A stretch of 62,947 nt of DNA, the filler included, from Guillardia theta CCMP2712 (Eukaryota; Protista; Cryptophyta), in NCBI RefSeq assembly GCF_000315625.1. It is 6 parts of 6 records of this genome, joined end to end, with 100 filler letters (N's around TTAATTAATTAA, not from the genome) between each part and the next. Parts side by side here need not be neighbours in the genome. Positions count along the whole stretch, not along the records: positions 26,829 to 42,676 come from NW_005434575.1; positions 42,777 to 51,339 come from NW_005434485.1; positions 51,440 to 57,550 come from NW_005434523.1; 3 more parts are not named here. The stretch is one strand, 5' to 3'. The position numbers and the translations under genes were made by a program. The notes under the pieces were generated by a model. It worked only from the letters and a program-made list of their open reading frames with translations, ran no database searches and was not told the origin of the DNA. Positions 38,995 through 54,438 of this stretch are shown here, piece by piece. Each line of letters starts with the position of its first letter. Position 1 is the stretch's first letter.

Positions 38995-41900
38995 AACCCC
39001 AAACCCCACCCCCCACCCCCTCTCCCTCCTCCCGTTCTTCTCCTTGTCCTGACTGACAACCAGGCCATCTTCCGCACCTTCAGCACGCGGGTCAAAAGGT
39101 CCACCAACTCCATCAAGGGCAGGAGCTGGGAGAACATGACGTGGCAGGAGCGCCTAGTGAGCGTGCAGGTCGTCAACGAGTACCTGAGCGTCGAGAGCGA
39201 GGAGGAGGAGCAGAGCTCGCCCGTGCTCGAGGACTGCGAGAAGGACCTCAGGAGGGCTGACGGGCAGCGCATCAGGAACGGAGCTCCGCTCATCGTCATC
39301 GCCCCGAGGGGCTCCGGGTGCAGCAGGGTCCTGATCAGAGCACTACAAGACTCTGCGTCCTGGGGTCAGCTGGCAGCTGAGGACGAGGACGCGGTCCTTG
39401 AGCTCCAGGGGAGCAGCGACGGTCAAGTTATTGGTGAGGAGGAGGAGGAGGAGGAGGAGGAGGAGGAGGAGGAGGAGGAGAAAGGTAGGTTGGACGAGAT
39501 TAGACAGGAGGCGACGAAAGGGGAGGGGGAGGAGGAACGATCATCCGCCACGTGACTGACAGATCGCTGCAGGAGCTTGCTTCGTCCGGCAGATCGGCGT
39601 CACCTCCTCCTCCTTGGTCGGTCGCTCCCTCCTCCGCAAGCTTGTTCAGCAGATCCGCGAGCACTACAAGGGAGACAGTTTCAAGCTGCAGGTGCCTGGC
39701 AGTTTTGATGAGCTCAGCTGTGCGTTTAAAGACTCTCTTCCCCTCGCTTCCAAGTCCGAGCCGGTAGCTCCTCCTTCCGCCCCAACACCCATCTTCTTCC
39801 ACTGTGACTTCCTGCCTTTCCCCTCCTTGGCCTCTTACTCTATGTATCCGTTGCCTCTGCCCTCTCCTCCTCCTTCGACCTCTCTTCCTCCTCCTTCGCC
39901 CCCTTCCATTGTCTGCTCTTCCTCCTCCTCAGTCTAGTTCCTTCCAGCCCCCCCCCCCTGCTTCTCTACCTCCGTCTTCTCCTACGACTGTCTCGTCCTG
40001 TTCACGTGCTTCCTTCCGCCTGGTCTCTGCTCACTATCCCCTAAGATGGTCATCGCAATCGACGGACTTGATCGCATCCACCCGGAAGATCCCATCCACA
40101 ACATGCAGTGGCTGCCTGCCGAGCTGCCGGAGAACGTATGCTCTCCTCCTCCTCTTCCTCCTTCTCCTTGTCCTGCTCTTCCTTCAACTTCTCCTCCTCC
40201 TCCTCTTCCTCCTTCTCCTTGTCCTGGTCTTCCTCCTCCTCCTCCTCCTCCTCCTCCTCCTCCTCCTCCTCCTCCTCCTCGTTCTGGCTCCTTTTTCACT
40301 CTTAGACAGGTTCGGATCGTCATCACGGCTACCCCCCAGTACTTCAGCAGCATGTGCGACTGCGACAAGAAAACTTTCTGCAGCCCCAACGTCATTCACC
40401 TGCTGCCGCCCTCGTTCGAGAGCCTGCAAGCTTGTGTGCAGCTGGGCAAGAAGGTCGGGAGGTTGCCCGGGAACGGAGGGGTGAAGGAGATGCTCGAGGT
40501 GCTCAAGGGAGAGAGGAGCCTGTCCATGTTGAAGGTGCTGGCGGAGATGAACTTGAACTCTTCCATGGACGAGGACGACATCGTCCTACCCGTCGCCCTC
40601 CACAACGGGAGGCTCGCATTGAGAGCTGATTCCTCGTTCCCCCACCTGAACAAGTTCCTCTCCCTCCTTGTGCTCGTCCGGTACGGCATCTCACAGAGCA
40701 GCTTCAAGTTTGCTTGCCAGGCGCTCTTGGAGAGGCTGGGGGAAGGAGACAAGGCCATAATACCTCCGGGTACTTTCCTACCCTTCACCTCTGTCTTGTA
40801 TCATAGAAACACTCTCCGCATCGTCATCGCCAACGAAGGCATCAAACAAGGTGATTGCAATCAAACAGAAGCTTGTCTGCTTCTCCAAACATCCTCCGTG
40901 TTCTCACAGTCCTCCAGCAATCAAGACGGACAGTTTCTTCCAGCAGCACGAGCCTGAAATCATAGATGTATCCTCCCATCTCTCCTCCCCTTGCTCACTA
41001 CACCCCAGGTCCTCGTCGAGACGTTCCAGCGACCCGGAGCCGACGAGAACGAGGAGGTGATGTCGATTCTCCTGGAGAAGATGAAGAGGAAGGGGAGTCT
41101 GGACAGCTCCCTGCTCGCCCCCCTCCTCGATTTCAACCTCATCGCCCTCAAGATCCTCCATGGCCACCTCGAGGACCTCTTCAGGTCCCAGCTGCCCTCC
41201 TGCTCCTCCCCGTTGACATCCTGCGATGATGCCGAGTTTGACGTTCGTTGAAACCCTGCTTGTCAAACCTGTACCTTCGCGTCGATTCACCCTGACCACC
41301 CCCTGACTTTGACAACCTTCTGTCAAACTCCACCTGCTCTCCTTTAACTTTCACTGCTGCAGGGACTACCGAGAGGTCCTGCTGGCTGTCGTCAACGGGC
41401 AGGTCAAAGTTGACACCCATACCTTCATGCAGCTCCGGGCGACTCTTTGGTTTCTTATCCGCCGGCAGAACACGCTTGTCAAGCAATTCGCCCACTCCCT
41501 CATACCCCAGCTGGCCTCCGACAGGGGCCTCCTCCCTCCTCCCCAGCTGGACTCTCACTTTATCAACCCGTCGGGGAGGCACACGAGGACCAAGTTGGAG
41601 TGTCTCTGCTGCCTCCAGAACAAGCTCAAGGTCACCAGCTGCGACCTCCTCCAGCTGGAGGGCGTCCCTGTCAAGTTCCTCTGCGGGCACGGGGACGGGT
41701 CCGTCACAGTCTGGGACGGCTTGTTCGCGGAGATTGACCGGCGCTTCCGTGCGCACGAGGAGGAGGTGGCAGCGTGCAGGTTCCTGCCGTTGCTGGAGGA
41801 GAAGAGGGTTGAGCAGCTGCTTGCTCTGACCTGCTCGAAGAACGGGACAGTGAGAGGATGGCGAGCTTCGACCGGGAGCCTTCTGTTTCAGTTGCATCCT

Positions 41901-42676
41901 TTCTCTGAGAGACTGGTCAACGAGTTCGATCCTTCGACGAGGCTCAAGGTGAAGTTGAGGCCGAAGAGGAGGGAGAGGACGCTGACAATTTTAACACAGC
42001 ACGATGTCTCCTCCTCCTCCTCCTCCTCCTCTCCATCGTACATGATCGTCAGGCGAGTATCTGAGGACAAGGCAGAGATTGCCCTGGGAACGCGAGGAGG
42101 GGACCTGGTGCTATGGAGATGGACGACGACTACGCAGGCGATGGAGCACGAGTTGATATCGCTCAAGAGGAAGGCGCATGGAACAAGCATCAGCGTCATT
42201 TCCTTCGTGCGGCACGAAGAATTTCTCATCAGCTCCTCGTCGGATCGAGTCTTGAAGTTCTGGCACGTGAGGGAGGGGGAGCAGGACATGCTCTCGTGCG
42301 TGCAGTCCATTGAGCTGGAGTCTTCCGTCCTGTCAATCTCCTTCCGCGATCAGTCCGTCCTCTGCTGCAGCTTCGGTCTCATCCACGAGTTCTCCTTGCA
42401 CGATGAACCCATCAGGTCTCTCTCTTGCCCTCACCTCCTCCCCTTTCTCCTCCCCCCTCTCCCTTGCCCCCCATCCCCCCTCTCGGGATCACTCCCCCCT
42501 CCCCCCCCCCCCTTCCCCCTTCTCTCTCGCAACGTTTCTCGCTGAGAGTCCCAGTAGCACATGGAGAACGCGTTTGCTTTGATCTGCTTGAGATCAAAGG
42601 CATTGGAAGAAAGGTCTTGCACGATCCCATAGCATCCGGCTATCCCAGGCCCTGTGGCCGCCTGTTGTGATGAAAC
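35259..42676 (+). CDS. Large NACHT/STAND-like NTPase with C-terminal WD40 repeats (NWD1/TEP1-like) and degenerate EF-hand-like N-terminal region; truncated at linker
   Basis: Walker A-like PLIVIAPRGSGCSRVL (~39286-39333); Walker B MVIAIDGLDRI (40046-40078); WLPAELPEN|VRIVITAT typical of NWD/TEP1 NACHT; WD40 signatures GHGDGSVTVWD, AHEEEVAACRF..TCSKNGTVRGW, AHGTSISVISF..LISSSSDRVLKFW. Confidence 0.8.
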
Positions 42677-42872
42677 NNNNNNNNNNNNNNNNNNNNNNNN
42701 NNNNNNNNNNNNNNNNNNNNTTAATTAATTAANNNNNNNNNNNNNNNNNNNNNNNNNNNNNNNNNNNNNNNNNNNNTCCTCCTCCTCCTCCTCCATCCTC
42801 CTCCTCCTCCTCATCCTCCTCCTCCTCCTCCTCCTCCTCATTCTCTTGACCAGGCCTTGCCCTCCCGCTTAC

Positions 42873-45205
42873 CTGAAACGGGCAGTCAAAACCTGGGAGG
42901 TCGCACTGTTCATCATTGTAGATCCAAAATCCTGCGGAGAAAGATGAACAGAGAAACAGGATGAGGATGAGGATGAGGATGAGGATGAGGATGAGGATCA
43001 GGATCAGGATCAGGATCAGGATCAGGATCAGGATCAGGATCAGGATCACAAACTCTGGCAAAATGAAAGAAGCGGGAAACAAACCACAGAACAAGGAGGA
43101 AAACGACGATTATTTGTGATAGAATGCTAAAGTTGTCAAGTCGACAACAGGCACAAATGAAGGTACAAATACATGAACAATTCGTCGACACGTAAATGTA
43201 CATGTACAAGTAAAATGCAACTGCAACGTGCTAGAACAACAACAAAAAGGAGATAGAAGAAACCTTCGAAGGAGATAGTCAAGTTTGATCTCAATGCCCT
43301 GCCGTCATATGAGCAAGAAAAAAACAAGGAGAAGCAGGATGAGCAGATGTGGGAGGACGGGGGAGATAGAGGAAGGAGGAAGGAGGAGTAGGAGGGAGGG
43401 GGGGGGGAGAGGAGGAGGAGGATGAAGAAGGAAGAGGGAGGAGAGCAGTAGTAGCAGCAGGAAGAGCGGGAAGAGGAGGAGAAAGAAGAGAACAACCGTC
43501 CCAGCTGTAGAGCAGCGTAATGGAAGGTAGCGGCAAAGCCGTAACCTGTCGCTCGAGGAATTATGAATAAGGACTGAGAGTATTACAATAGAGGGATGAA
43601 ACGGAAGAGGAAAGAAACGAACAAGATGCGTAGGGAGAGTAAAAGGGCATAAGAGAAAAGAGGAGGAGGAGGAGGAGGAAACGAAGAGAGGGAGGAGCAA
43701 CGGCAGCAGAAGCAGCAGCGAGAACAATCGCGTATTTCTCACTTGGATAAGGTGCAGGAACATATCGGGAGCAATCCTATCAAACACGTCAGAGGTCAAT
43801 GTGATCAGATCAGATCAGACGGTGATGACAATGATCATGAAGACGAGGACGAGGATGAGGACGAGTTCGCAAGAGATTACATCAGGATTTTGTATCGCGC
43901 TGATCTCCCCGAACAAAGCTTGTTTGTCCTTATCAACAGTGCAAGCAGCAAACTGTTGTCGACACAGACAAGTCATCATTGCTTGAGACCAACCCAAAGC
44001 GCCCATCTACCTTCTTCATCCTTGCAAGATGGGCAGGGGACGGAAGGTGTGAGTGCTGCTCAAGAAGCTTGCTATCACAACTTTCTCCGGTACTGACATC
44101 CTGCCTGCTCAAATCATCAGCCGTTGTCATTCCAAGATGTCAAGGTCTTACTGGAAGCACAGAATTCTTGCTGCTTCCATGTGATCAACATCATTGCATT
44201 GGAATGAATTCTTGTCCAAACTAAGAGATGAGACAGAGGTATTCTTAATTGCTTTGCAGTCATATCCATTGAAGTCGCTTGTTCTTCATATTCAGATTGT
44301 CATAGTCGGCATCGTCACAGATTGCACAAAGTTACAATCAGCTACAATATCTATAAAACCAACATTCACCTGCGATCAGCACAGGTGAAATCTAGGAATT
44401 CCTTCAGCGAGCAAACAACAACTTCGTCGTCTCCACTTTCTTGTTTCTTGTCTGATCGCATCATGTTGGGAGTTCCCTCCTCTATTTCACCGTCTCCTCT
44501 TCCTCCTCTATCTCCTCCACTGCTGTCTCCTCCACCGCTGTCTCCTCCGCTGTCTCCTCCGCTGTCTCCTCCGCTGTCTCCTGCTCTATCTCCTCGTCCC
44601 CTGCTCACCCCCTGCACATTCCACGAACGGAAGCCATCGGCGGAGCATAACGAACCCTCGGGAGCGACAAACCCACGACATGCAGGGGCAGGAGAAGCAG
44701 AACATGAAGAAGACGATGACGAGGACGACGGAGCCGGAGGAGGAGGAGAAAGGTTCCCATGAGCATGGATGCTGACCACTCGCACGCTCGTCGTCTTCTC
44801 ACTCAGACATGCGGTCATTGCTCCAACCCGCACTGATGTCAAGCACAGGCCAACGTCGTAGAGCCCGACCGGGAGGTTGGGGAGAGTGACAGTAATGTCT
44901 TGACTTGTCAGGCTGCTGTCTATCGCCTGCATGATGAAGCGTTCCTCAAGGTGGAACCAACGGACGAGCAGGAAGATATTTTCCTTGGAAGGCACCACCA
45001 GCACCTTCACGTTAATGTCTGGACTCGCTACTCCTTGAACGTCTGCTGTCAACGATACTTGATGTGCAACACCAAGATCTGTTCTGAAGATCGTGTCCGA
45101 CGCTTCGCTGTCAAACTTAGTGATGTGAATGCTCTTGACTGACATGGAAGCAAACAGCAAGAAGCGCAGGAACAGCCGGGAAAGACCTTCAGCGTGTGCC
45201 CGCAT
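42873..45205 (-). CDS. Alpha-1,6-fucosyltransferase-like (GT23/FUT8-like) glycosyltransferase with N-terminal signal; 3' part cut by linker
   Basis: Spliced ISAIQNPD|DCSRY..|SLFIIPRATGYGFAATFHYAALQLGR|ALRSNLTISFEG|FWIYNDEQCDLPGFDCPFQ parallels FUT8 LQNPKDCS...GCGYGCQLHH...W.Y; hydrophobic N-terminus. Confidence 0.6.
42958..43047. repeat. (GAGGAT)n grading into (CAGGAT)n hexamer repeat
   Basis: Direct reading. Confidence 0.9.
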
Positions 45206-45559
45206 CTCTCCCCTATTGCTCTACTTGGAAGCGAAACGGAGCGGCATGAAGCTGGGGCAGGCAAAGGGAGGTGAGCTGTAGGGAGCAACACAAGAGGGGC
45301 GGTGATAAAATGGGAACAAAGGATTATGGGCGAGGAAAAGTAACGGAGGCAGTGGTGCGGGGAGACGGAGGATGGGGAGAGAGGGCACGGAGGAGAGAAG
45401 AAAGAGGAACTGGGAAAGAAGGAGGAAAGGGGAAGAGGAAGGGAGGGAACAAGGGAGCAAGACGAGGTAGCAAGAGAAGGAAGAGAGGGAACAAGGGAGC
45501 AAGACGAGGTAGCAAGAGGAGGGTAGAATCTGTCGGAGAGTAGGCGGACTCTGAGGCAG

Positions 45560-45860
45560 GCTAGCTCCGGATCCCTGAGTGACGCCCAACCCGGCGCCCG
45601 GCGCCGCCCGGCCCGGGTCCCGCCGAGCCGCCGGGGGGTACAGTACTACCGGGCCGCCGCACTGGAGACTATACTGATCACATGCATGTCCTCCATCAAA
45701 CTTGTACTCCACTCAGCATGCGGCACGTCTGCCCTGAGACGGTCGGGGGGCTGTCTTCACTGTGCATGCTCCGAGCTCGATGAGCCTACCAGTACGGTCG
45801 GGGATCATGGCATGCAGGCGGGCCGCCCGGCTGGATAGCCGAGGTGATTGTGCCCGAGTC
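45560..45860. repeat. GC-rich CCGG island
   Basis: Same vocabulary as 20400-21320. Confidence 0.5.
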
Positions 45861-46180
45861 AAAGCTGAAGTAACAATCACAATGCTAGCGTCGCTACTGT
45901 TTAACTTGTCTTCAAGCATGTGCCAGCAGCGTCGGATCGCAACCGCGTCCGATATCAGTTCACGGTTGCAAGAGAGGGGGAAGGGCTCCCGAAGGTAGCA
46001 GAAACGGAGGAGAGAGGAGGGAGGAGGCGATCGGCTGGAGGCTGAAAGCTTTATTGGATGCAAACAAAGGAATGAAGAAACTGAAACAAAGAGAGAAGGA
46101 GCAGAGGTAAGCGGGGGAGGAAGGACGGCGAGATGAGCGGGGGAGCTGCTGCCGATAGCAAGTTGTTGTTATGACAATGA

Positions 46181-46916
46181 TCATCGTTTTCGTTGCCTCC
46201 TCCGATGGGATCCAGCAAGTCCCAGCATGATCTTGAACCTGTCCTTCTGCAGTTGTAGCTGCCAAGATCATGTCAGGAGACAATCAGCAAGCCTGCCAAT
46301 ATAGTAGACTCGTGATAGAAAGGATGTCGGAACATAGACAGGTCAAGTGATAGAAGGATGTCGGAACACACCAGATGAAATGAGATGCTGATAGGGATCA
46401 ATGACATCATCACCATCACAAACATCGGGAACAACACACATCTGTAGATAGTTGACAGGAGCACAAAGTGATGTAAACGACTGCACGCAGCCCCAACATC
46501 TGACAGCAACGTACCTGTCTTGCCCTTGCCTGCTCTTGCTGCAACTCAATGTCATCTCCGTTCTCTCCGAACGCAACCTGTCCAAACCAAGTTCACAAAC
46601 GAGCACACGTGTAAGACGCAGTTTCCTGTTTGTCTACTGCCCCGCACCGCACAAGGTCAAGGAGGAGGATATTGATCAGATCGTCCTGTCATGCTATCAG
46701 CTCAGACGCAGGTATGTAACAAGTGCAGGACCTCCGTCGCGTTGCTCCGCTTCTTATCGACGGAGAAGTCGAGGACGAGGACGAAGTGGAAGAGCGTGTC
46801 GATGGTGATCTCTACGAGAGGAGGGGCCCCGAGCCACTGCAGGCACGTCAGAAGGGGGTGGTGGTGATGATGATGATGGAGATGATGATGATGATGGAGA
46901 TGATGATGATGATGGA

Positions 46917-46959
<43 letters not shown>

Positions 46960-49900
46960 ATGATGATGATAGAGATGATGATGATGGTGTTGGTGATGGT
47001 GATGATGTTGATAAAAATGAGTGGAACGCAAAGGAGAAGCAGACACAAGGAGGAGAAGAAAGAGGAGAAGAAGGAGAAGGAGGAGGAGGAGGAGGAGATG
47101 GAGAAAGCAGAGAAGGAGAAGGATAACGGGAATGAGGTTCAAGGACGAGCAGGGGAGGACAACAGGGAGGAGCAGAAAGACGACGAGTAGAAGGAGGAAG
47201 TAGGACAGAATGAGGAGGACGGTAGGTGGATGTTAGGACAGCAGCATGCCTTGAGAGCGTCCTTCTCCCTGAAAGTTATCTTCTTCACACTCGCCGTCGG
47301 CTCCGTGGCGGCATCAATCATAGTGACCTTCTTACCCTTGAGGTACAGCTCCAGCTGCACCATTGACTTGATCTTCTTGTTGACGGTCACGCGGAGGTTC
47401 AGCACGCCAGAGGCCTTGAACGTGATGTAGCGCATGTAGCGGATGAGAGCGTAGCAGAAGACTGAAACCCACACAAGGTTGGCGCAGAAGAAAACGCCCG
47501 GTGGGTTGACGAATGGCTGGATGACGTAGATGGTGAACCAGACAGGAGGAGAAGCGTTGACCCAGGTGGTGCAGAGCCTGTCGAGGAGAGCGAAGGCAAA
47601 GGAACCAGCAAGCACGACGTTCATGACGGAGAGAGCAGCCCCAGAGCGCTCGAAGGCAGCACCTGAGTCGACCAACATCTGAGTGTTGTTCTCTACCTCG
47701 AAGTAGAGCCTTTCGAGCTGTTTGGTGTTGATCACGTCGGAGACTTGCTGGAGATTCTCAAGCTGATTCGAAGCTCCTGCGATCAGCTTGCCGAGGTCGT
47801 AGACGCTCGCTTTGATCACCTGAAGGTTGTTGAGTTGGAGAGAGGGAGGGAGGGAGGGAACCGCGCACCTTCTTGTTGGCGACGAGAGCTCTAGCGAGGC
47901 ACATGAGCTGCCTCGTGCCCCTGTGATAGGTTGACTCCTCCCTCCTTCGACTGCGTGTCCAGCCTCAGTTGCTCTCCGTCCTTCGACTCCTTCCCCGTCA
48001 GCCCCTGCTCCTGGAGCGCATATGGAGGCATCTATCAGTGTCTCCTCCTCTCTCCTNNNNNNNNNNNNNNNNNNNNNNNNNNNNNNNNNNNNNNNNNNNN
48101 NNNNNNNNNNNNNNNNNNNNNNNNNNNNNNNNNNNNNNNNNNNNNNNNNNNNNNNNAGAGGGAGAGGGAGGGAGAGTGAAAAGGGAAGGGAGGTATGGAG
48201 GATGGTGAAGCAGGAGAGGAGGGTTGCTTACAGTGAGGATGAAAGTTCGTATGAAGAAGTTCCTAATGAACGTTTCGCGGCAGAGCAGCGACACGTAGTA
48301 AATCACTAGAGGCTCCAGCCGGAGGCAGTTGGGTCCGGCAAGAATCAACCCGTCCCTCCCAAGGATGATGACGTCATCGTTGCCGATGTCTTCAGCTGTG
48401 TAGATCTCACCAAGGATTTGCCTGATCTCATTCTTCGCCTCTCCCCGGGAGATGTAGTCCTTGGCCGGCATCTTAGGCTGGATGGACTCGGCGAGGACGC
48501 TGAACGGAAAGTGTCAGAGGGAGGAGGAAGAGAAGGAGGGAGAGCGGGAGGGAGAGGGGTGGAGGAGTTGGGCAGGGAGGGAAGAGAAGAGAAAGATTTT
48601 CCAACCAACTGTATTTGTTTCTGTTTGCGGCATCTCCCATGAAAAGCATATCCAGCAGCCCTCGCTGTTGAAGGGAAAAAATCGAAAGTTAGCAAACGAG
48701 CGATAGAGAAACAGGGGGGAGGAAGAGCGAAGGAGGACGAAACATATAGAAGCAACAAAGATTGGAAGGACAAAGTCGGTGGTAGAGCAGGACCAGGAGA
48801 TAAGAAGAGGAAGGGCATTGAGAAATTGGATTAAAACAAGCGAGCAAGGAGGAAACGAAACAGAAGACCAGGGGGTGGGGGGTGCTGAAAAACATCGGGG
48901 AGGAGGAGATGGAGTAAGAGAGTTGTAAGAAGGAGGGAAGAAGAGAGGATTACGAGGGAGGAGAAGGAGCAGGGAAGAGGAGGTGCTGGGAGGAGCGAGC
49001 AGGAGAAGCAGGAGGAGCAGAAGGGGAGGAGGCCAGGAGGCTTCCCACCTGGTACCCAGCCAAGAGGTCATGGAGGATGCGCGACGAGTCCATCTGTACC
49101 AGCAAGTATCATTCAACCCTCCCAACCGGTACTCGACAACCTACCTGGATGTCAACAAGCACGCGAGACAGAAGGTCGAGTGACACGTCATCAGCCTGAG
49201 TCGAGCATGTCAGGGCAGCGCATGCCGGGTCGTCTCCTTCACCCTTCGGTCCTTGACAGCCTCTATCCGCACCCCGCAGCAGACTGTCCCGTCGACGTTG
49301 ACGTGAATGCCAAAGTTTTCGATCTGCAAGATGCCGCTGTCCTCAGGAAAACTGATCTCGCTCTCGAAGTTTGCGAAGCGCGTCATGTTGTAGTCGATAA
49401 TCTCAACGCTCGTCAGCCCCGGTGGGACTTTGAAGTTGGTCCCCGACGGATTCTTGTCTTGAAAGCTCGTGTACAGGCCCCCCTGGCACCTCTCAAGAAT
49501 CCCCAGGCGCTCATTCAGCGCGACGATGTTGTTGGCTCCGTACGGCACCCTTACAAGAGAAACAGCGATCAGTCGTCGCCATCGACTTTGAGCTTCTTCT
49601 CACCACTCGCCCACAATCACCGTGACGTAGGACTGACAAGGAAACATGTCAAGTCCAGCACCCTCGCAAACAAAACAAAAACGTCAAAGTGGCTCACGAG
49701 GTGGATGGTTTCCGTCAACTCGTCACGGATGTTGTCATAACCAGCGGCGCACTCGTTGGCCCGGTGGGAGTTGTCGGTCATGGCCTTCCCCACCTTGTTC
49801 TCAGACACTGAGGGATGTATGCGCTGGAGACGTAGGACAAGTCTTCGATACTGAGCTCCAGTAAGCGAAGAAACAGTGTGCGCAGACAACATCATATCAT

Positions 49901-50822
49901 ACGCAACTCGCTGATACCAACAATCGCCATCATGTTATGAACTTGCATCACACAAATAGACAATCTTGTTCGTTGCTCTGACAAGCGTGCACAATCAGAC
50001 ACTCTCACAACTTACACTGTGATTGAAGAGTCTCGTTGAAACCCGCTTCTTGTCTTGAGCACGAAGACTTCGCCGTTGAAGGAACACTCCAACAGCTCCG
50101 TCTCGTAGTGCGGGGCGTTGGGCGCATAAACAAATTCGTTCACCTCCTCAAAGAGCGAGTTGGGGAGAGTCTGCGAGAGGTTCACTTCACAAGGTGCAGA
50201 GGGAGGAGGCTGCAAAACGAACTTTAAGGAACTGAAGACCTTTCAGTGACAGCTGGTACGCGGTGATGGGATGAAAGCTGCATGAAGGATCAGCACAGCC
50301 GTCAACGCAAGGACTCTGTCAAATCACTCTTCAGTCGCTATCTTCATGCCGTTGAGCAGCTTCTGATCCAACAGGTCCTCGACGGCAGACCTCCCCTCTT
50401 GCGAGATGTTCATGTAGATCCTCCGACTTGAGCCGTCGAAGCTGACGAAGACGGAGGTGGGGGAGTAATCGTAGTCGAGCACGCCTGCTGAAATCCCTTC
50501 ATAGATCTGCATCTCTCCGTGAGTAGCAGCGCGATCGCCAAGTAGCACAGCTCACCATCACTTGCAGCGGGAGCTGCCGGAACCACGTCTCATGATCCTC
50601 GGCCGTGAGCGCACACTGCGCGTACTTGCTGATGAGGATGAGGATCTTGGAGTGATTGACTGTCATCTCAAACGTAGAAAGGTCTCTGATGGTCCTGTTT
50701 GTTGTCTGCTTGTGTTGCGCATCCATGTTCTCGTCCACTGTCTCCGGCGTCCCAGCGCGATAGTCGTCATCGTACTCCCTATCTTCCTCAATGGTGTCTT
50801 GGTACTTGGACGCTCGCGGCAT
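46181..50822 (-). CDS. Large uncharacterised membrane protein: soluble N-domain, coiled stalk, two TM helices (CorA-like topology) and C-terminal domain
   Basis: Exons MPRASKY..KILILISKYAQ..WFRQLPLQ, IYEGISAGVLDYDYSP..MNISQEG, PYGANNIVALNERLG..QIENFGIH, DDVIILGRDGLILAGP, LENLQQVSDVI..LSVMNVVLAGSFAFALLDRL..PGVFFCANLVWVSVFCYALIRYM, |WLGAPP; last exon ..HRRRQRKR* at 46181. Confidence 0.75.
46864..47010. repeat. (GAT)n microsatellite; a second long one at 52602-52780
   Basis: Direct reading. Confidence 0.92.
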
Positions 50823-51489
50823 GGTGGAGGGCAGCCGGTTGCCGGCCAATCAGCCCCTAGAAACTCTGCGAGAAGCGATCATCAGCAGGTGAAGTTTGAT
50901 ATTATGATCATGACAAACAGCTTCTGATCTCTTGCATTGTTGCGTCCTGTTTTCTCTGCATTAACTGCCCAGTGAAGCAGTATTTCACTTGTTCTACTTT
51001 CGTCTCCTGCTCCTGCCCCTCTTGCCCCCAGTAACCCACACTCCCTTGTCCCGTCGTTTCTTTCCCTGCCTGCCTGCCTCCCTGCCTCCCTGCCTGCCTG
51101 CCTGCCTGCCTGCCTGTTCCTTCCCTCCATTCCATCCGTCCCCTCTCTCTCTCTCTCTCTCCCTCCCTCCCATCCACCAGCGCTCTGCACTGGCGCGACC
51201 ATATGTATGAAACGAGAAGATGTAGTAGAGGGTGGGGTTAATTGAGGACGGGTAGTAAATCAGAGAAATATGGGGGTAGAGAAAAGAATTTAGGGGGTAG
51301 TCAGATACGAAGGGTAGTATTGACATGGCTAGTCAAAATNNNNNNNNNNNNNNNNNNNNNNNNNNNNNNNNNNNNNNNNNNNNTTAATTAATTAANNNNN
51401 NNNNNNNNNNNNNNNNNNNNNNNNNNNNNNNNNNNNNNNCCTCTCCTCCCTCGCTTTTCCTCTCTTCCTCCCTCTCTTGATTTCTTACC

Positions 51490-51541
51490 TGCAGGCTCAG
51501 CTGCAAACTTCCAATGGAGATAATCACTGTGCAACCCCTCC

Positions 51542-51574
<33 letters not shown>

Positions 51575-52025
51575 CCCCCTCCCTCCTCCTCCTCCCCCTC
51601 CTCTGCCGCCACCTCGCCCCTTGTCCCGGGCAAACTAATCATCATCTCTCTCTTCCCTCCCCTTGCTACTTTCTTACTGCCTCCTCCCTCTCCCCATCCT
51701 CCGTCTCCACGTCTTCCGGCCTCCTTCCTTTCCTATCTCCCTCCCTTCTTCTGCTCTTCCTCCAGTGTCTTTTCTCAGTATCCCCTCCTGACCTCTCGCC
51801 CAGCTGTCCAAGGGGAAGGGTCCGCAGAGATCCGACGGTGTCAAGCTAGCTGGAAGTCAGCTGGGGGACGGCAGTGTGCGCCAGCAGCTGGAGAAGAATA
51901 GAGAGCTGCACAACTTTCTTGTGTGAGCAGAACATGTGAAATAGATGAGGAGAATGAAGAAGAGAAGATGAAAGTTGTTTGTCACTCGTCCGGCTTGTTG
52001 GCAAGCTGTCTTGTCTGTTGTTCAT
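51490..52025 (-). CDS. Possible 5' fragment of an uncharacterised gene cut by a linker
   Basis: Exon-like pieces SLTPSDLCGPFPLDSWAR| and EEGLHSDYLHWKFAAEPA|gtaag. Confidence 0.3.
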
Positions 52026-52113
52026 CACTAGAATATTTCTTTTCTAACCTTGAATACCATCTCCTCTCCTCTCCTCTCTTCTCCTCTACTTTCTTGTCTT
52101 TCTTCACTTGACT

Positions 52114-54121
<2,008 letters not shown>

Positions 54122-54399
54122 TTGCCGCCTTTCGTAGGTTACCACCCCTACCTCCAAAATTTACAATATGGATACACTACCCCTGTATACTCCATGAATT
54201 TCAGTGTCAAGTACCCTATGATACATACCCCTACCCCCTCAGATTCATCCACTCACCTCCCTCGTTCCCTACTGTTCCCGCGAATTTTCGGGATTTGTGA
54301 GGAGCGAGGAGGAGCAGCAGGAGTAGGAGTAGGAGTAGGAGTAGCAGCAGCAGCAGCAGGAGTAGGAGGAGCAGCAGGAGCAGCAGCAGGAGGAGCAGC

Positions 54400-54438
<39 letters not shown>

